64,000 nt of DNA from Candidatus Rariloculaceae bacterium (GTDB lineage Bacteria > Pseudomonadota > Gammaproteobacteria > Steroidobacterales > Rariloculaceae), in the NCBI GenBank assembly GCA_045561055.1, contig JBJKYL010000017.1, positions 325,604 to 389,603 on the forward strand. Reading direction: 5' to 3'. Under the pieces are notes generated by a model. The model did no database searches. It saw only the letters and a program-made list of their open reading frames with translations, and was not told where the DNA came from. Numbering within the stretch: position 1 is the first letter of the stretch; each line of letters starts with the position of its first letter. The position numbers were made by a program, and so were the translations under genes. Below are positions 37,168 through 46,346 of the stretch, one piece after another.

Positions 37168-39534
37168 GCGGCGCGCGCAGATTGAATTGTCTGCCAAACA
37201 CGGTAAGGTGTCGCGGGTAACTCAATGTCGGTAACGCCGTATTCTCTTAGCGCATCAACAATCGCGTTGATGACAACAGCTAACGCTGCTGTCGTCGGTC
37301 CCTCGCCACCAGATTTAATGCCTAGTGGATTAGTCGGAGACAATACCTCGTTCAACTCAGTGATAAAGAAAGGGAAATCATCTGCACGTGGAATGGTGTA
37401 GTCCATTAACGAGCCCATCAGCGGTTGCCCGGATTCTCGATCGGTAAGGCACTGCTCCCAGAGAGCTTGCCCTACACCTTGAGCAATAGAACCGTGTGTC
37501 TGACCATCTACAATCAAGGGATTAATAACACGACCGACATCGTCAACAGCAACATATCGCTTGATAAGGGTAACACCTGTTTCAGGATCAACCTCTACTT
37601 CACAGACAGCACAACCGTTAGGGAAGACCGGGGTGTGCATCTCGTTATCCTTCGTAATACTGAGACCACCAGCTAGATCACCAGAGAGCTGCATCTTGCT
37701 TGCTTGCTGCGCTAACTCAAACCAATCCAAAGATTGATCCATAGTACTGAATTGGCCATTTGAAAAGTCAACCTCCGTCTCATCGCTACCAAAGGCAAGT
37801 CCGGCAATTCGGCGACCGCGATGGATGAGTTCTTCAGCAGCGAGGCAAATCACTGTCGCCGCATGACGCATCGATCGTCCTGAGTGGGAGCCGCCACCAA
37901 AACTCACAACATCCGTATCGCTCGTCACAATCTCTACCAAGTCTGTTCGGATCCCCAACACGTCCGCTGCTACCTGCGCGAAGCTGGTTTCGTGACCTTG
38001 CCCAGTAGGTTGTGTACCGACAATTACTGACACAAAACCTGCTGGGTTTACATGCAATTCAGCACGCTCGGAGGGAGCACCGATTGATGATTCTACGTAA
38101 TTTGCAATACCGATTCCGCGGCATTTACCTTGCTCCTGAGCCTTCGCTCTGCGGGAAGAAAATGTTTTCCACTCAGAAAGCTCAAGCGCTATGTTCATAT
38201 TCTCCGTGTAATCACCGCTATCATAAAAAATGCCAAGAGGGTTTTTGTACGGCATCGCGTCAGTTTTTACTAGGTTACGCCGCCGAAGTTCAATTGGATC
38301 AATTTTTAGCTCATACGCAACGGTATCGATTAACCGTTCCAGCGCGTGAATGACCTCGGGTCGACCAGAACTTCGATAAGCTTGCGTCGGGACGGTATTG
38401 GTGAAGACCGCCCTAGCGCGAGCAGTCGCAATTGGAATATCGTATCCCCCTGTCACCAAAGCGATGCCTTTTCCAAGCGGCGATAGCGACACTACACGTG
38501 CACCCACATTACTCACATTAGAAGCACGATAGGCGAGAAACTGGCCATCTTCTGCAACCGCGAGTTCTACAGTCGTTACGAGGTCACGACCTTGGAGATC
38601 ACTGACAAAAGAATCAGCACGAGTCGCCGTAAACTTTATTGGCCGAGTCAGCTTACGAGATGCCCACAACACGAGAGCGAACTCAACATAAACGCGGTTT
38701 TTGGTTCCAAAGTTACCACCAACATCATGACAAAGGATTCGTACCGATTCCGGCTCAACTCTTAAAGCTTTCGCTATTTGTTGTTTGTGCCTTACAGCAC
38801 CGTTACTTCCAGCATATAGGGTATAGCGCGCATTTTTTATATTGTAATCGCCAAGCGCTGCGCGTGGCTCAAGAGGAACGCCGGTTACACGACTAATCCG
38901 AAATCCCATACTAAAAACATGCTCTGCATTATCGAAAGCCTTATCAGTAGCCAAAGCGTCACCGAAAGTCGTATCGCAGCAAACATTGTCAGGCACCTCA
39001 GTCCAAACAATTGGCGCCCCAGACGCCGCTGCAACGACGCTATCCGATACCGAAGCAAGCGGTAAGTAATCCACTTCAACGACCTCGGATGCATCCAATG
39101 CCTCGCTACGCGTCGCTGCAATGACCATCACAATAGCCTCCCCAACATGCCGAACCTTGTCTTCAGGTAATAACACTTGCGGGCCGACAAAGATGTCTCC
39201 GCCACCAGGGGATTTGAGCTTAAGATCCGTACGAGTTGACGGTACGGGGTTGTGCGGAACGGCCCCGAGTCGATCAGCCCGGCAATCTGCGCCTGTATTA
39301 GACGGCGAGAACGCCGGGCATCTCTATAGCAGAAGCTGTATCTATGCTAACGATTTCGGCATGTGGATACGGTGAGCGGACAAAAGCAGCATATACCTGA
39401 CCAGGAGAATTAAAGTCATCGGTGAAGTGCCCCCGCCCCGTTATAAGCCTTTTATCCTCTTTTCGCGGAACCGGTTTTCCAATGCTCGCAAGTAAACCCT
39501 TGTCGATATTTCCGTCAGCTTCAAATATCGACAC
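37164..39534 (-). pseudogene. CoxL-like molybdopterin-binding subunit (xanthine dehydrogenase family), interrupted by one frameshift at ~39297-39300
   Basis: ORF 39298..39534 is the typical N-terminus (GKPVPRKEDKRLITGRGHFTDD...FVRSPYPHAEIVSID...MPGVLAV*). The frame of ORF 37164..39176 stays open upstream and reads SNTGADCRADRLGAVPHNPVPSTRTDLKLKSPGGGDIFVGPQVLLPEDKVRHVGE. Joined length is ~789 aa. Confidence 0.8.
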
Positions 39535-39594
39535 TAACCATCATCCTCTATATTGCGGACCGGAGTCTCTGGCTTTATGCCTCCGCGCCGGCGT

Positions 39595-41178
39595 TCAAAA
39601 CGTTTCCATGCCATTTTCTGCCCAGCGCCCCGCCACCGCGTTCTGCGCAAATTGCTCCCAGCTCTCATTCCAATCTCCCAACGAATAACCATACCAGGGT
39701 GACTTTGGTGAAAGCGGTGGCAGCTCCAATTCTTCCCAAATCGCGCGCGCGCCCTCCATGTATAACTTCGTTGGTAACGCGAGCGGTGGCATCGATACTT
39801 TCCGCGTAGCATCGATCAATATTCCCGAATCATTACCCGTCCGACCTGACTTCGGTCCATGGCCTACAGCCCGATCTGGGATTATCTCAAGATCATTGAC
39901 GGGGTTCGCACGATAAGCCATCGACCAAAAGATGGCATCAGTGTTCGAAGGGTCGATATCGCGACTTACCGCTATTACAATTTTTCCACATTGCGCCTGC
40001 AAAGTCGCTGCACCTTTCAACCCTCGCCAGACTTCTTCTCTCGGTGTGTCATCATCAAACTGCAGAAAAATAACCGGTCGAATGTTGGTAAGCGGTTCAT
40101 GCATCGAAACGCGCCTAATACCTTGCACTTTTAACTCGTCGCGTAGATGGGCTAGAAACAACGGCTCATAGGCTACCTTTTTTAAAACGCTCGACTCGCT
40201 AGGAGTAACCTGGCTGATAATCGATGCGAAGACCGCATTCTTTTTATGTGTTATTGCTGTAACTTTCATACCCATGTTGAAATCTTCAAGCGCAACGTGT
40301 CCGTGACTTTCACCAAACGGACCTTCGGGCTCTAATAATTCTGTGTCAATTACGCCCTCTATCACAATCTCCGCGTCAGCTGGCACCATCAGATCAACCG
40401 TCTTCGCCTGAACAACGCGAATTGGTGTGCCAGCCAGACCACCTGCAACTTCCATCTCATCCTTTCCAATAGGAAGTTTTTGAGGGCCAGTAAATGCAAC
40501 CACTGGCGGTGCTCCGACGACGATCGCAACTGGCATCGATTCACCGCGAGACTGATATTTTTGCCAATGCAGATACCCGCCGGCACCTCCGATACGCGTT
40601 GCCATACGCACCCCAAGTCGGTCCGGCGCTTTTAACGCACCACGGTAAGTACCCATGTTTGCTATACCAGTCTCAGGATCTTTGGTTATAACTAGTGTCG
40701 CAGCGAGATATGGCGCCGCATCATAGCCCGGTGTTGAAACAGGCACTGGCAAACGCCCCAGCCCATTACCGGGCAATTTCAATTCCTCTCCCAGAACGAT
40801 AATTTCCTGACAAGCAGGAGAGTCCGTTAGTTCAGCAGCAATCGGGTTCGCCATCGCATGTAACCATGCTGCGCCGATACCATCGATTTCCACACCCATC
40901 CCTATCGCGTAAATTTCCGGTGTCGCGGCTAGCGCACCAACGGCGACCGGCATATCATAATGTCGACCATCACTATCCGTTACGTTCGTAAAAAGAAAAG
41001 CTCGACGCTCAGATTCCGGAAGACCGCCCTGAAACTGCCAGCGAACGAGCGGGTGCAGTTCAGTATCTTTATTAATAGGCCGTTCTATGCGATGAAGAAG
41101 ACCGCGCGCCTCTAGTGTCGCCAGATGCGCCTGAAAATCCGGATACTCAACCCGGCTCATTGACAATTCTAGTAGCAA
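39595..41178 (-). CDS. UbiD-family (prenylated-FMN-dependent) decarboxylase
   Basis: 527 aa with UbiD-like patterns along its length (LHRIERPINKDTELHPLVRWQF..., ...GPFGESHGHVAL...). The start codon is uncertain (TTG 41178 or ATG 41160). Confidence 0.8.
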   Translation of the reverse strand: MLLELSMSRVEYPDFQAHLATLEARGLLHRIERPINKDTELHPLVRWQFQGGLPESERRAFLFTNVTDSDGRHYDMPVAVGALAATPEIYAIGMGVEIDGIGAAWLHAMANPIAAELTDSPACQEIIVLGEELKLPGNGLGRLPVPVSTPGYDAAPYLAATLVITKDPETGIANMGTYRGALKAPDRLGVRMATRIGGAGGYLHWQKYQSRGESMPVAIVVGAPPVVAFTGPQKLPIGKDEMEVAGGLAGTPIRVVQAKTVDLMVPADAEIVIEGVIDTELLEPEGPFGESHGHVALEDFNMGMKVTAITHKKNAVFASIISQVTPSESSVLKKVAYEPLFLAHLRDELKVQGIRRVSMHEPLTNIRPVIFLQFDDDTPREEVWRGLKGAATLQAQCGKIVIAVSRDIDPSNTDAIFWSMAYRANPVNDLEIIPDRAVGHGPKSGRTGNDSGILIDATRKVSMPPLALPTKLYMEGARAIWEELELPPLSPKSPWYGYSLGDWNESWEQFAQNAVAGRWAENGMETF

Positions 41179-41270
41179 ACGGGAAATTAATTAGTAATGT
41201 ATCCGGAAACACAAGTTGACTCCATTATTGGGGCAATTATCCTACTCCGGGCCACAACAGTCGAGAAAAA

Positions 41271-42302
41271 GTGCGGATGCATAGTAAAACCTTCTATCTT
41301 TCTATTTTCTCAATCCTAACGGCTAACGTAGCGCTCTCACAAAACGTCTCCGATTATTTCGAAGATCGCACAGTAACAATACTTGTCGGTTCAGGTCCTG
41401 GCGGTACTACAGATATTTCTGGTCGCGTCATTGCAGAACATCTTCAACGACATTTTCCCGGCAACCCTCGGATAATCGTACAAAATATTCCGGGTGGCGG
41501 AAGCATCACTATGACAAACCAGCTCTACCGCTCGGCACCAAGAGACGGAACAGTGCTGGGTTATTCCCTTCCCGGAATTATCACTGCACAAATAATGGAA
41601 CCGACGCGGACTAGATTTGATGGACGGGAAATAAACTGGATCGGGTCGGCACTAAAATACACAGGAATCGTATCGGTTATAAGTACGGCATCTGCGACTA
41701 CTATTGGGGAAGCAACCAACACTGAGCTCTTCATCGGAACAACAGGACGAGGCTCGCCTGCCCATCAGTTTCCCGCGTTAGCAAAAGCGTTACTGGGCTT
41801 AAAGTTCAACATCGTTACCGGTTATGAAAGCAGTAATGATGTCGTTTTTGCGATGGAAAGGGGTGAAGTTGACGGACAATCTAGTAGTCTTCAGGCTTGG
41901 GCGATAACTCGACCTAGCTGGCTGAGCGATGGTCGAATAACCCACCTACTGTATATGGGACCACCTAATCCACTCGCGGAACCTGGCGTACCATATCTAC
42001 GGGATCTAATTTCTAGTGAACGCGACACGGCACTTGTAGATTTTATTGAAATTGGCCCTCAGATGGGATGGCCATTGTTTGCGCCGCCTGGAGTTCCTTA
42101 TGATCGAATAGACGCATTACGAACAGCATTTGCCTCTCTAATGATAGACCCCGAATTTATTTATGCTATTAACTCTATAGTCAAGGCACAATTACAACCT
42201 ACTGTAGGTAGTGAACTAGAGCTCTTTGTGGAACAAGCTCTCAAAACACCAAACAACATTGTGTCTGAAGCAAGATCTATCCTAGGACTAGACGGAAGAT
42301 AA
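41271..42302 (+). CDS. Tripartite tricarboxylate transporter substrate-binding protein (TctC/Bug family)
   Basis: About 340 aa. Signal peptide, GSGPGGTTDISGR and NIPGGGS motifs typical of the Bug/TctC family. Confidence 0.85.
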   Translation: MRMHSKTFYLSIFSILTANVALSQNVSDYFEDRTVTILVGSGPGGTTDISGRVIAEHLQRHFPGNPRIIVQNIPGGGSITMTNQLYRSAPRDGTVLGYSLPGIITAQIMEPTRTRFDGREINWIGSALKYTGIVSVISTASATTIGEATNTELFIGTTGRGSPAHQFPALAKALLGLKFNIVTGYESSNDVVFAMERGEVDGQSSSLQAWAITRPSWLSDGRITHLLYMGPPNPLAEPGVPYLRDLISSERDTALVDFIEIGPQMGWPLFAPPGVPYDRIDALRTAFASLMIDPEFIYAINSIVKAQLQPTVGSELELFVEQALKTPNNIVSEARSILGLDGR

Positions 42303-42309
42303 TAAATCT

Positions 42310-44367
42310 ATGTTTGAGATGGCATTAAGTGCGCTCGAGATCGTCTTTGACCCTTCACGACTTATGTTTGTGGCTCTAGGAGTCATCATCGGTCTAGCGC
42401 TTGGGGTCATCCCAGGACTTAGCGGGATTGTCGGTCTATCTTTGCTTCTACCATTTACATTCAATATGGACCCATTCACGGCGCTTGCATTCCTAGTAGG
42501 ACTACAGGCGGTTGTCGCCACGTCAGACACCATTCCAGCAGTACTATTTGGTGTGCCAGGTACCGTTGGGTCAGCATCTACGATCCTCGACGGCCACCCC
42601 ATGGCAAAACAGGGTCTAGCGGCGCGCGCTTTTGGAGCGGCTTTCTCTGCATCAGTACTTGGTGGACTTCTCGGTGCCCTTTTTCTAGCTTTAAGCGTCC
42701 CAATCTTGCGACCGTTCATTCTAAGTTTCGGCTCCCCCGAGCTTCTCGCCTTTTGTATATTTGGATTGTCATTAATTGGCGTGCTAAGTGGCGGTAACGC
42801 GCTAAAAGGATTAGCTGCTGCTGCGATTGGGCTAATGATTGCTACCGTCGGTGAGGAACCGAATACGGCAATCGAACGTTGGACTTTTGGCTCTTTATAT
42901 CTTCTTGAGGGGATACCGCTTGTACCCTTAGCGCTCGGATTATTCGCAATCCCGGAGATTGCAGAAATGACAATCAGTAAACGAGCTATACGAAAAGATC
43001 TTAGCGCTGCTACCGTAAAGGGGCAATTAGCAGGGGTCAAGGATACGTTATCCAACCTATCTCTTGTGTTCCGTGGCTCGGCAATTGGAAGCACTTTAGG
43101 CGCTGTACCCGGTATTGGTGCACCAGTAATTCCATGGATCGCTTATGGACACGCAATGCGAACAGAGAAAGGTGCTACAGAAACTTTCGGTAAAGGAGAC
43201 GTCCGCGGAGTAATTGCATCTGAAAGCTCAAACAACGCTAAAGAAGGCGGCGCACTGGTCTCTACAATTGCTTTTGGTGTGCCTGCCACGGCTGCAATGG
43301 CGTTATTACTTGGTGCTTTTTTGATTCATGGACTCTCTCCAGGTCCCGAAATGCTCACGGCTCGCCTAGATGTAACCTATACGCTTGTTTGGACAGTTGC
43401 GTTAGCAAATGTGCTTGGATGTGGGATCTGTTTCATCTTTGCGCAACAACTTGCCGCAATCGCCCGCATTAGAGTAGGCATTCTAGCTCCCGTCGTACTA
43501 TCGATTATTTTTATTGGTGCTTATCAAGCAACACGCCAGTGGGGTGATGTTGTCGCCTTACTCGGATTTGGACTGCTTGGATGGGCGATGAAACGGGCGG
43601 ACTGGCCAAGACCCCCATTGTTGCTCGGTCTCGTGCTCGGCGGATTGCTAGAACGCTATATGTTTATTTCTTTCCAACGTTATGACACTGAATGGCTCTT
43701 TCGACCAATTGTCATCGGCGTCTTACTAATCACGATCTACAGTGTCCTAAAACCTATTGTTACTGACCTAATAAAGCGTCGCGGGGATCCGGCCGCTAAA
43801 TTAATTTTTCGATTCAAACCGCAGAGTGCCGATTCAGCACTCTGGTTTAACGTGGCAGTAATCGCGTTTTTCTTAACTGCAATTGCCGGCTCATGGCAAT
43901 GGGACTTTGGTGCACGACTTGTGCCACAAATCGTTGGCTGGCTAGGCCTTCTCCTCGCCTCATGGCAATTACTAGTCACATTATTTATCAGCACGAAGTC
44001 TACTCCTGTGACGAACGCCTCTGATGGATCCGGGTCTAGCATGCACAATACAGACATGCCATCGAAGCTAGATGGCTTCAATGACATTGAATCATCACAA
44101 TCCACCGTTCGCTATTTTGCATGGTGCTTCTTTACCCTCGGCGCCGCACTACTAATCGGTTTGCTACCCGCAATTCTCATCTTCTTATTAGGCTACCTAC
44201 GTATAGAGGCAAAAGAAGGTTGGAAAACAACTTTAGCGGTTAGTCTCGGTGTATGGAGCGCGTCCTATTTTCTTTTTCACCAGTTGCTCAGAGTGCCCTG
44301 GCCCGCTTCGTACATTGGTGACTTTCTACCCGCCCTTAGAGCCTCGAGCATCACCAACCTTCTTTAG
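42310..44367 (+). CDS. TTT transporter large permease TctA with a C-terminal TctB-like extension
   Basis: 685 aa. The first ~500 aa are TctA-like (GVIPGLSGIVGLSLLLPFTF..., GAVPGIGAPVIPWIAYG...). The last ~180 aa add about 4 more TM helices (WFNVAVIAFFLTAIAGSW..., VRYFAWCFFTLGAALLIGLLPAILIFLLGY...) with a TctB-like topology. No separate tctB gene is present. Confidence 0.8.
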   Translation: MFEMALSALEIVFDPSRLMFVALGVIIGLALGVIPGLSGIVGLSLLLPFTFNMDPFTALAFLVGLQAVVATSDTIPAVLFGVPGTVGSASTILDGHPMAKQGLAARAFGAAFSASVLGGLLGALFLALSVPILRPFILSFGSPELLAFCIFGLSLIGVLSGGNALKGLAAAAIGLMIATVGEEPNTAIERWTFGSLYLLEGIPLVPLALGLFAIPEIAEMTISKRAIRKDLSAATVKGQLAGVKDTLSNLSLVFRGSAIGSTLGAVPGIGAPVIPWIAYGHAMRTEKGATETFGKGDVRGVIASESSNNAKEGGALVSTIAFGVPATAAMALLLGAFLIHGLSPGPEMLTARLDVTYTLVWTVALANVLGCGICFIFAQQLAAIARIRVGILAPVVLSIIFIGAYQATRQWGDVVALLGFGLLGWAMKRADWPRPPLLLGLVLGGLLERYMFISFQRYDTEWLFRPIVIGVLLITIYSVLKPIVTDLIKRRGDPAAKLIFRFKPQSADSALWFNVAVIAFFLTAIAGSWQWDFGARLVPQIVGWLGLLLASWQLLVTLFISTKSTPVTNASDGSGSSMHNTDMPSKLDGFNDIESSQSTVRYFAWCFFTLGAALLIGLLPAILIFLLGYLRIEAKEGWKTTLAVSLGVWSASYFLFHQLLRVPWPASYIGDFLPALRASSITNLL

Positions 44368-44405
44368 CTCTCACTGAATTCTGTAGAGAGTTCATCCCTA
44401 TGATC

Positions 44406-44891
44406 TTAATCGCCTCTATCAAGTAACAAGACGCCGTCTTCATCGACAAAAACTCGATCGCCGGGATGGCACACAGTATCGTCGAACATTATCGACAACT
44501 CTACCTCCCCAACATCTTTGCGTATAGACTTCTTCGGCGTTGTGGCAAGCGCGATGAGACCGATGTCGAGTTTAGCTAGTGCCACGCTATCTCTAACGCA
44601 ACCGAAAATGACAATACCTTCCCATCCGTTATCACAAGCCATCCCCGCTATCACGTCGCCTACGAGCGCACATTGATATGAACCACCTCCATCCACGACC
44701 ATAACTTTGCCATCACCCGGCATCTGCACGAGTTCACGGACACGGGAGTTATCTTCAAAACATTTAATAGTCGTCGCAAATCCGGAGAATTTTGTACGAC
44801 CACCAAAATGGGTGAGAACCGTAGACGGCACCCGCGCCCTCGCCAGATATTCATCGTAGAGATCACAAGTAGAAGTGAAATCGCAACTCAT
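44406..44891 (-). CDS. rraA: RraA-family protein (RNase E regulator / RraA-like aldolase fold)
   Basis: About 161 aa from ATG 44891 (MSCDFTSTCDLYDEY...). It is colinear with my recollection of E. coli RraA (CDIY..., ITVKCFEDN, VLVVDGGGS, NEWEGLVIYGAVRD). Confidence 0.85.
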   Translation of the reverse strand: MSCDFTSTCDLYDEYLARARVPSTVLTHFGGRTKFSGFATTIKCFEDNSRVRELVQMPGDGKVMVVDGGGSYQCALVGDVIAGMACDNGWEGIVIFGCVRDSVALAKLDIGLIALATTPKKSIRKDVGEVELSIMFDDTVCHPGDRVFVDEDGVLLLDRGD

Positions 44892-44937
44892 CAATTTTTC
44901 CTTCAAACATTAGAAACGTAACTCATACACGTTTTGT

Positions 44938-45705
44938 TCAAGTTTCAGCTTTAGCTTCCTGCCAGAACGACTCAAGACGATCGCTATCAAATGCTTGCCA
45001 GTCACCTTCAGCTTTTCCGACTTTCTCCTCAACTCGATTGAAACGTTCGATAAACCGAACGTTTGCATCGCGTAGACAGGTTTCCGGGTCCAACTTTAGA
45101 TGTCGACAGACATTCACCAAGGAAAACAGTACATCTCCCATTTCAGCACTGACTGCTTCCCTATCACCTCGGCTAATAGCCTCATCAAGTTCCGTTAATT
45201 CTTCGTCAAGTTTAGCCCTTGGGCCCGCCAGTCCGGGCCAATCGAAACCGACAAGCGCCGCTCGACGTCCCAGTTTCGCGGCCTTAGTCAACGCTGGTAG
45301 CATCTTAGGAATCCCTCCTAAAACACCAGAATCACCTCTCTCCTTCCGTTCCGACCGTTTCAATATCTCCCACGCCTCAGTCTGTAAATCGGGGTCTAAA
45401 ACGGTATCATTCCCAAAAACATGTGGGTGGCGACGCGTCATTTTATCGCAGATACTCTCTACAACCGCCGAGAAATCGAACGCGTTAGCCTCTTCTGCCA
45501 TGCGTGCGTGGTAAACGACTTGGAGTAGCAAATCTCCAAGCTCATCCTTGAGATCAATAAGATTCTCCCTGTCTACGGCGTCCGCAACCTCATAAGCTTC
45601 CTCAATGGTATAGGGAGCGATCGTCTTGAAGGTCTGCGCACGATCCCAAGGACAGCCATTTTCTGGATGACGGAGTCGCGCCATGATATCAAGTAATTTA
45701 TTCAT
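44938..45705 (-). CDS. mazG: Nucleoside triphosphate pyrophosphohydrolase MazG
   Basis: MNKLLDIMARLRHPENGCPWDRAQTFKTIAPYTIEEAYEVADA matches the E. coli MazG N-terminus. Tandem MazG domains. Confidence 0.92.
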   Translation of the reverse strand: MNKLLDIMARLRHPENGCPWDRAQTFKTIAPYTIEEAYEVADAVDRENLIDLKDELGDLLLQVVYHARMAEEANAFDFSAVVESICDKMTRRHPHVFGNDTVLDPDLQTEAWEILKRSERKERGDSGVLGGIPKMLPALTKAAKLGRRAALVGFDWPGLAGPRAKLDEELTELDEAISRGDREAVSAEMGDVLFSLVNVCRHLKLDPETCLRDANVRFIERFNRVEEKVGKAEGDWQAFDSDRLESFWQEAKAET

Positions 45706-45716
45706 TATTAGCATAT

Positions 45717-46340
45717 CTAATTGTTAAACATAGATATAATATTAATAAATTTTTTTAGGATAGCCGCTGTAGCTCCCCAAACATAATGCTCAGCATAGTC
45801 AAAATCATACATTTTCATAATAGTCCCGAACCGTTCCCGCTGAGTTAGGCGAATATTTCCCTTAGCGAGCAAAAATGTCAGTGGCACCTCGAAAACTTCC
45901 GCAACCTCGCTTTGCTCAGGAATCGCCACAAATTCGTTTGATACGAAACAGACGATGGGTGTGATGACGTAGCCCGTACCCGTTAAAAAGTCTTGCATGG
46001 TTCCGGCAACCGAAACCAGAGACCTATCAAGCCCTACCTCCTCTTGAGCCTCTCTTAGAGCTGCTTCAATTGGACCGGAATCGGTTCTCTCAAGTTGCCC
46101 CCCGGGGAAACTCACCTGACCCGCGTGATCACTTAAATGGTCAGCTCTCTTGGTCAATAAAACCTGCAACCCGCTTGGCCGTTCGATAAGCGCTAGCAAA
46201 ACAGCAGCCGGTTTCGGAGAATCGTTAAGGTAATCAAGCAATTCCGGCGAAACCGGCCCTTGTACCTGATCTAAAAACCGAGTCGCCGCGCTTACAGGAG
46301 CAGGCGCCTCGGCAAGCTGCTTTTCAATCAACGCACGCAA
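45717..46340 (-). CDS. NUDIX hydrolase, CoA pyrophosphatase-like
   Basis: 207 aa with the Nudix box GQVSFPGGQLERTDSGPIEAALREAQEEVGL, preceded by LLTKRADHL as in NudL-type enzymes. Confidence 0.75.
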   Translation of the reverse strand: MRALIEKQLAEAPAPVSAATRFLDQVQGPVSPELLDYLNDSPKPAAVLLALIERPSGLQVLLTKRADHLSDHAGQVSFPGGQLERTDSGPIEAALREAQEEVGLDRSLVSVAGTMQDFLTGTGYVITPIVCFVSNEFVAIPEQSEVAEVFEVPLTFLLAKGNIRLTQRERFGTIMKMYDFDYAEHYVWGATAAILKKFINIISMFNN

Positions 46341-46346
46341 AGATAT

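Noticed and set aside
42288-43094. 268-aa minus-strand ORF rich in Ser/Pro/Ala/Arg
   Set aside because: It is antisense to the well-supported TctA permease gene, and its composition is typical of a shadow frame in a GC-skewed membrane-protein gene.
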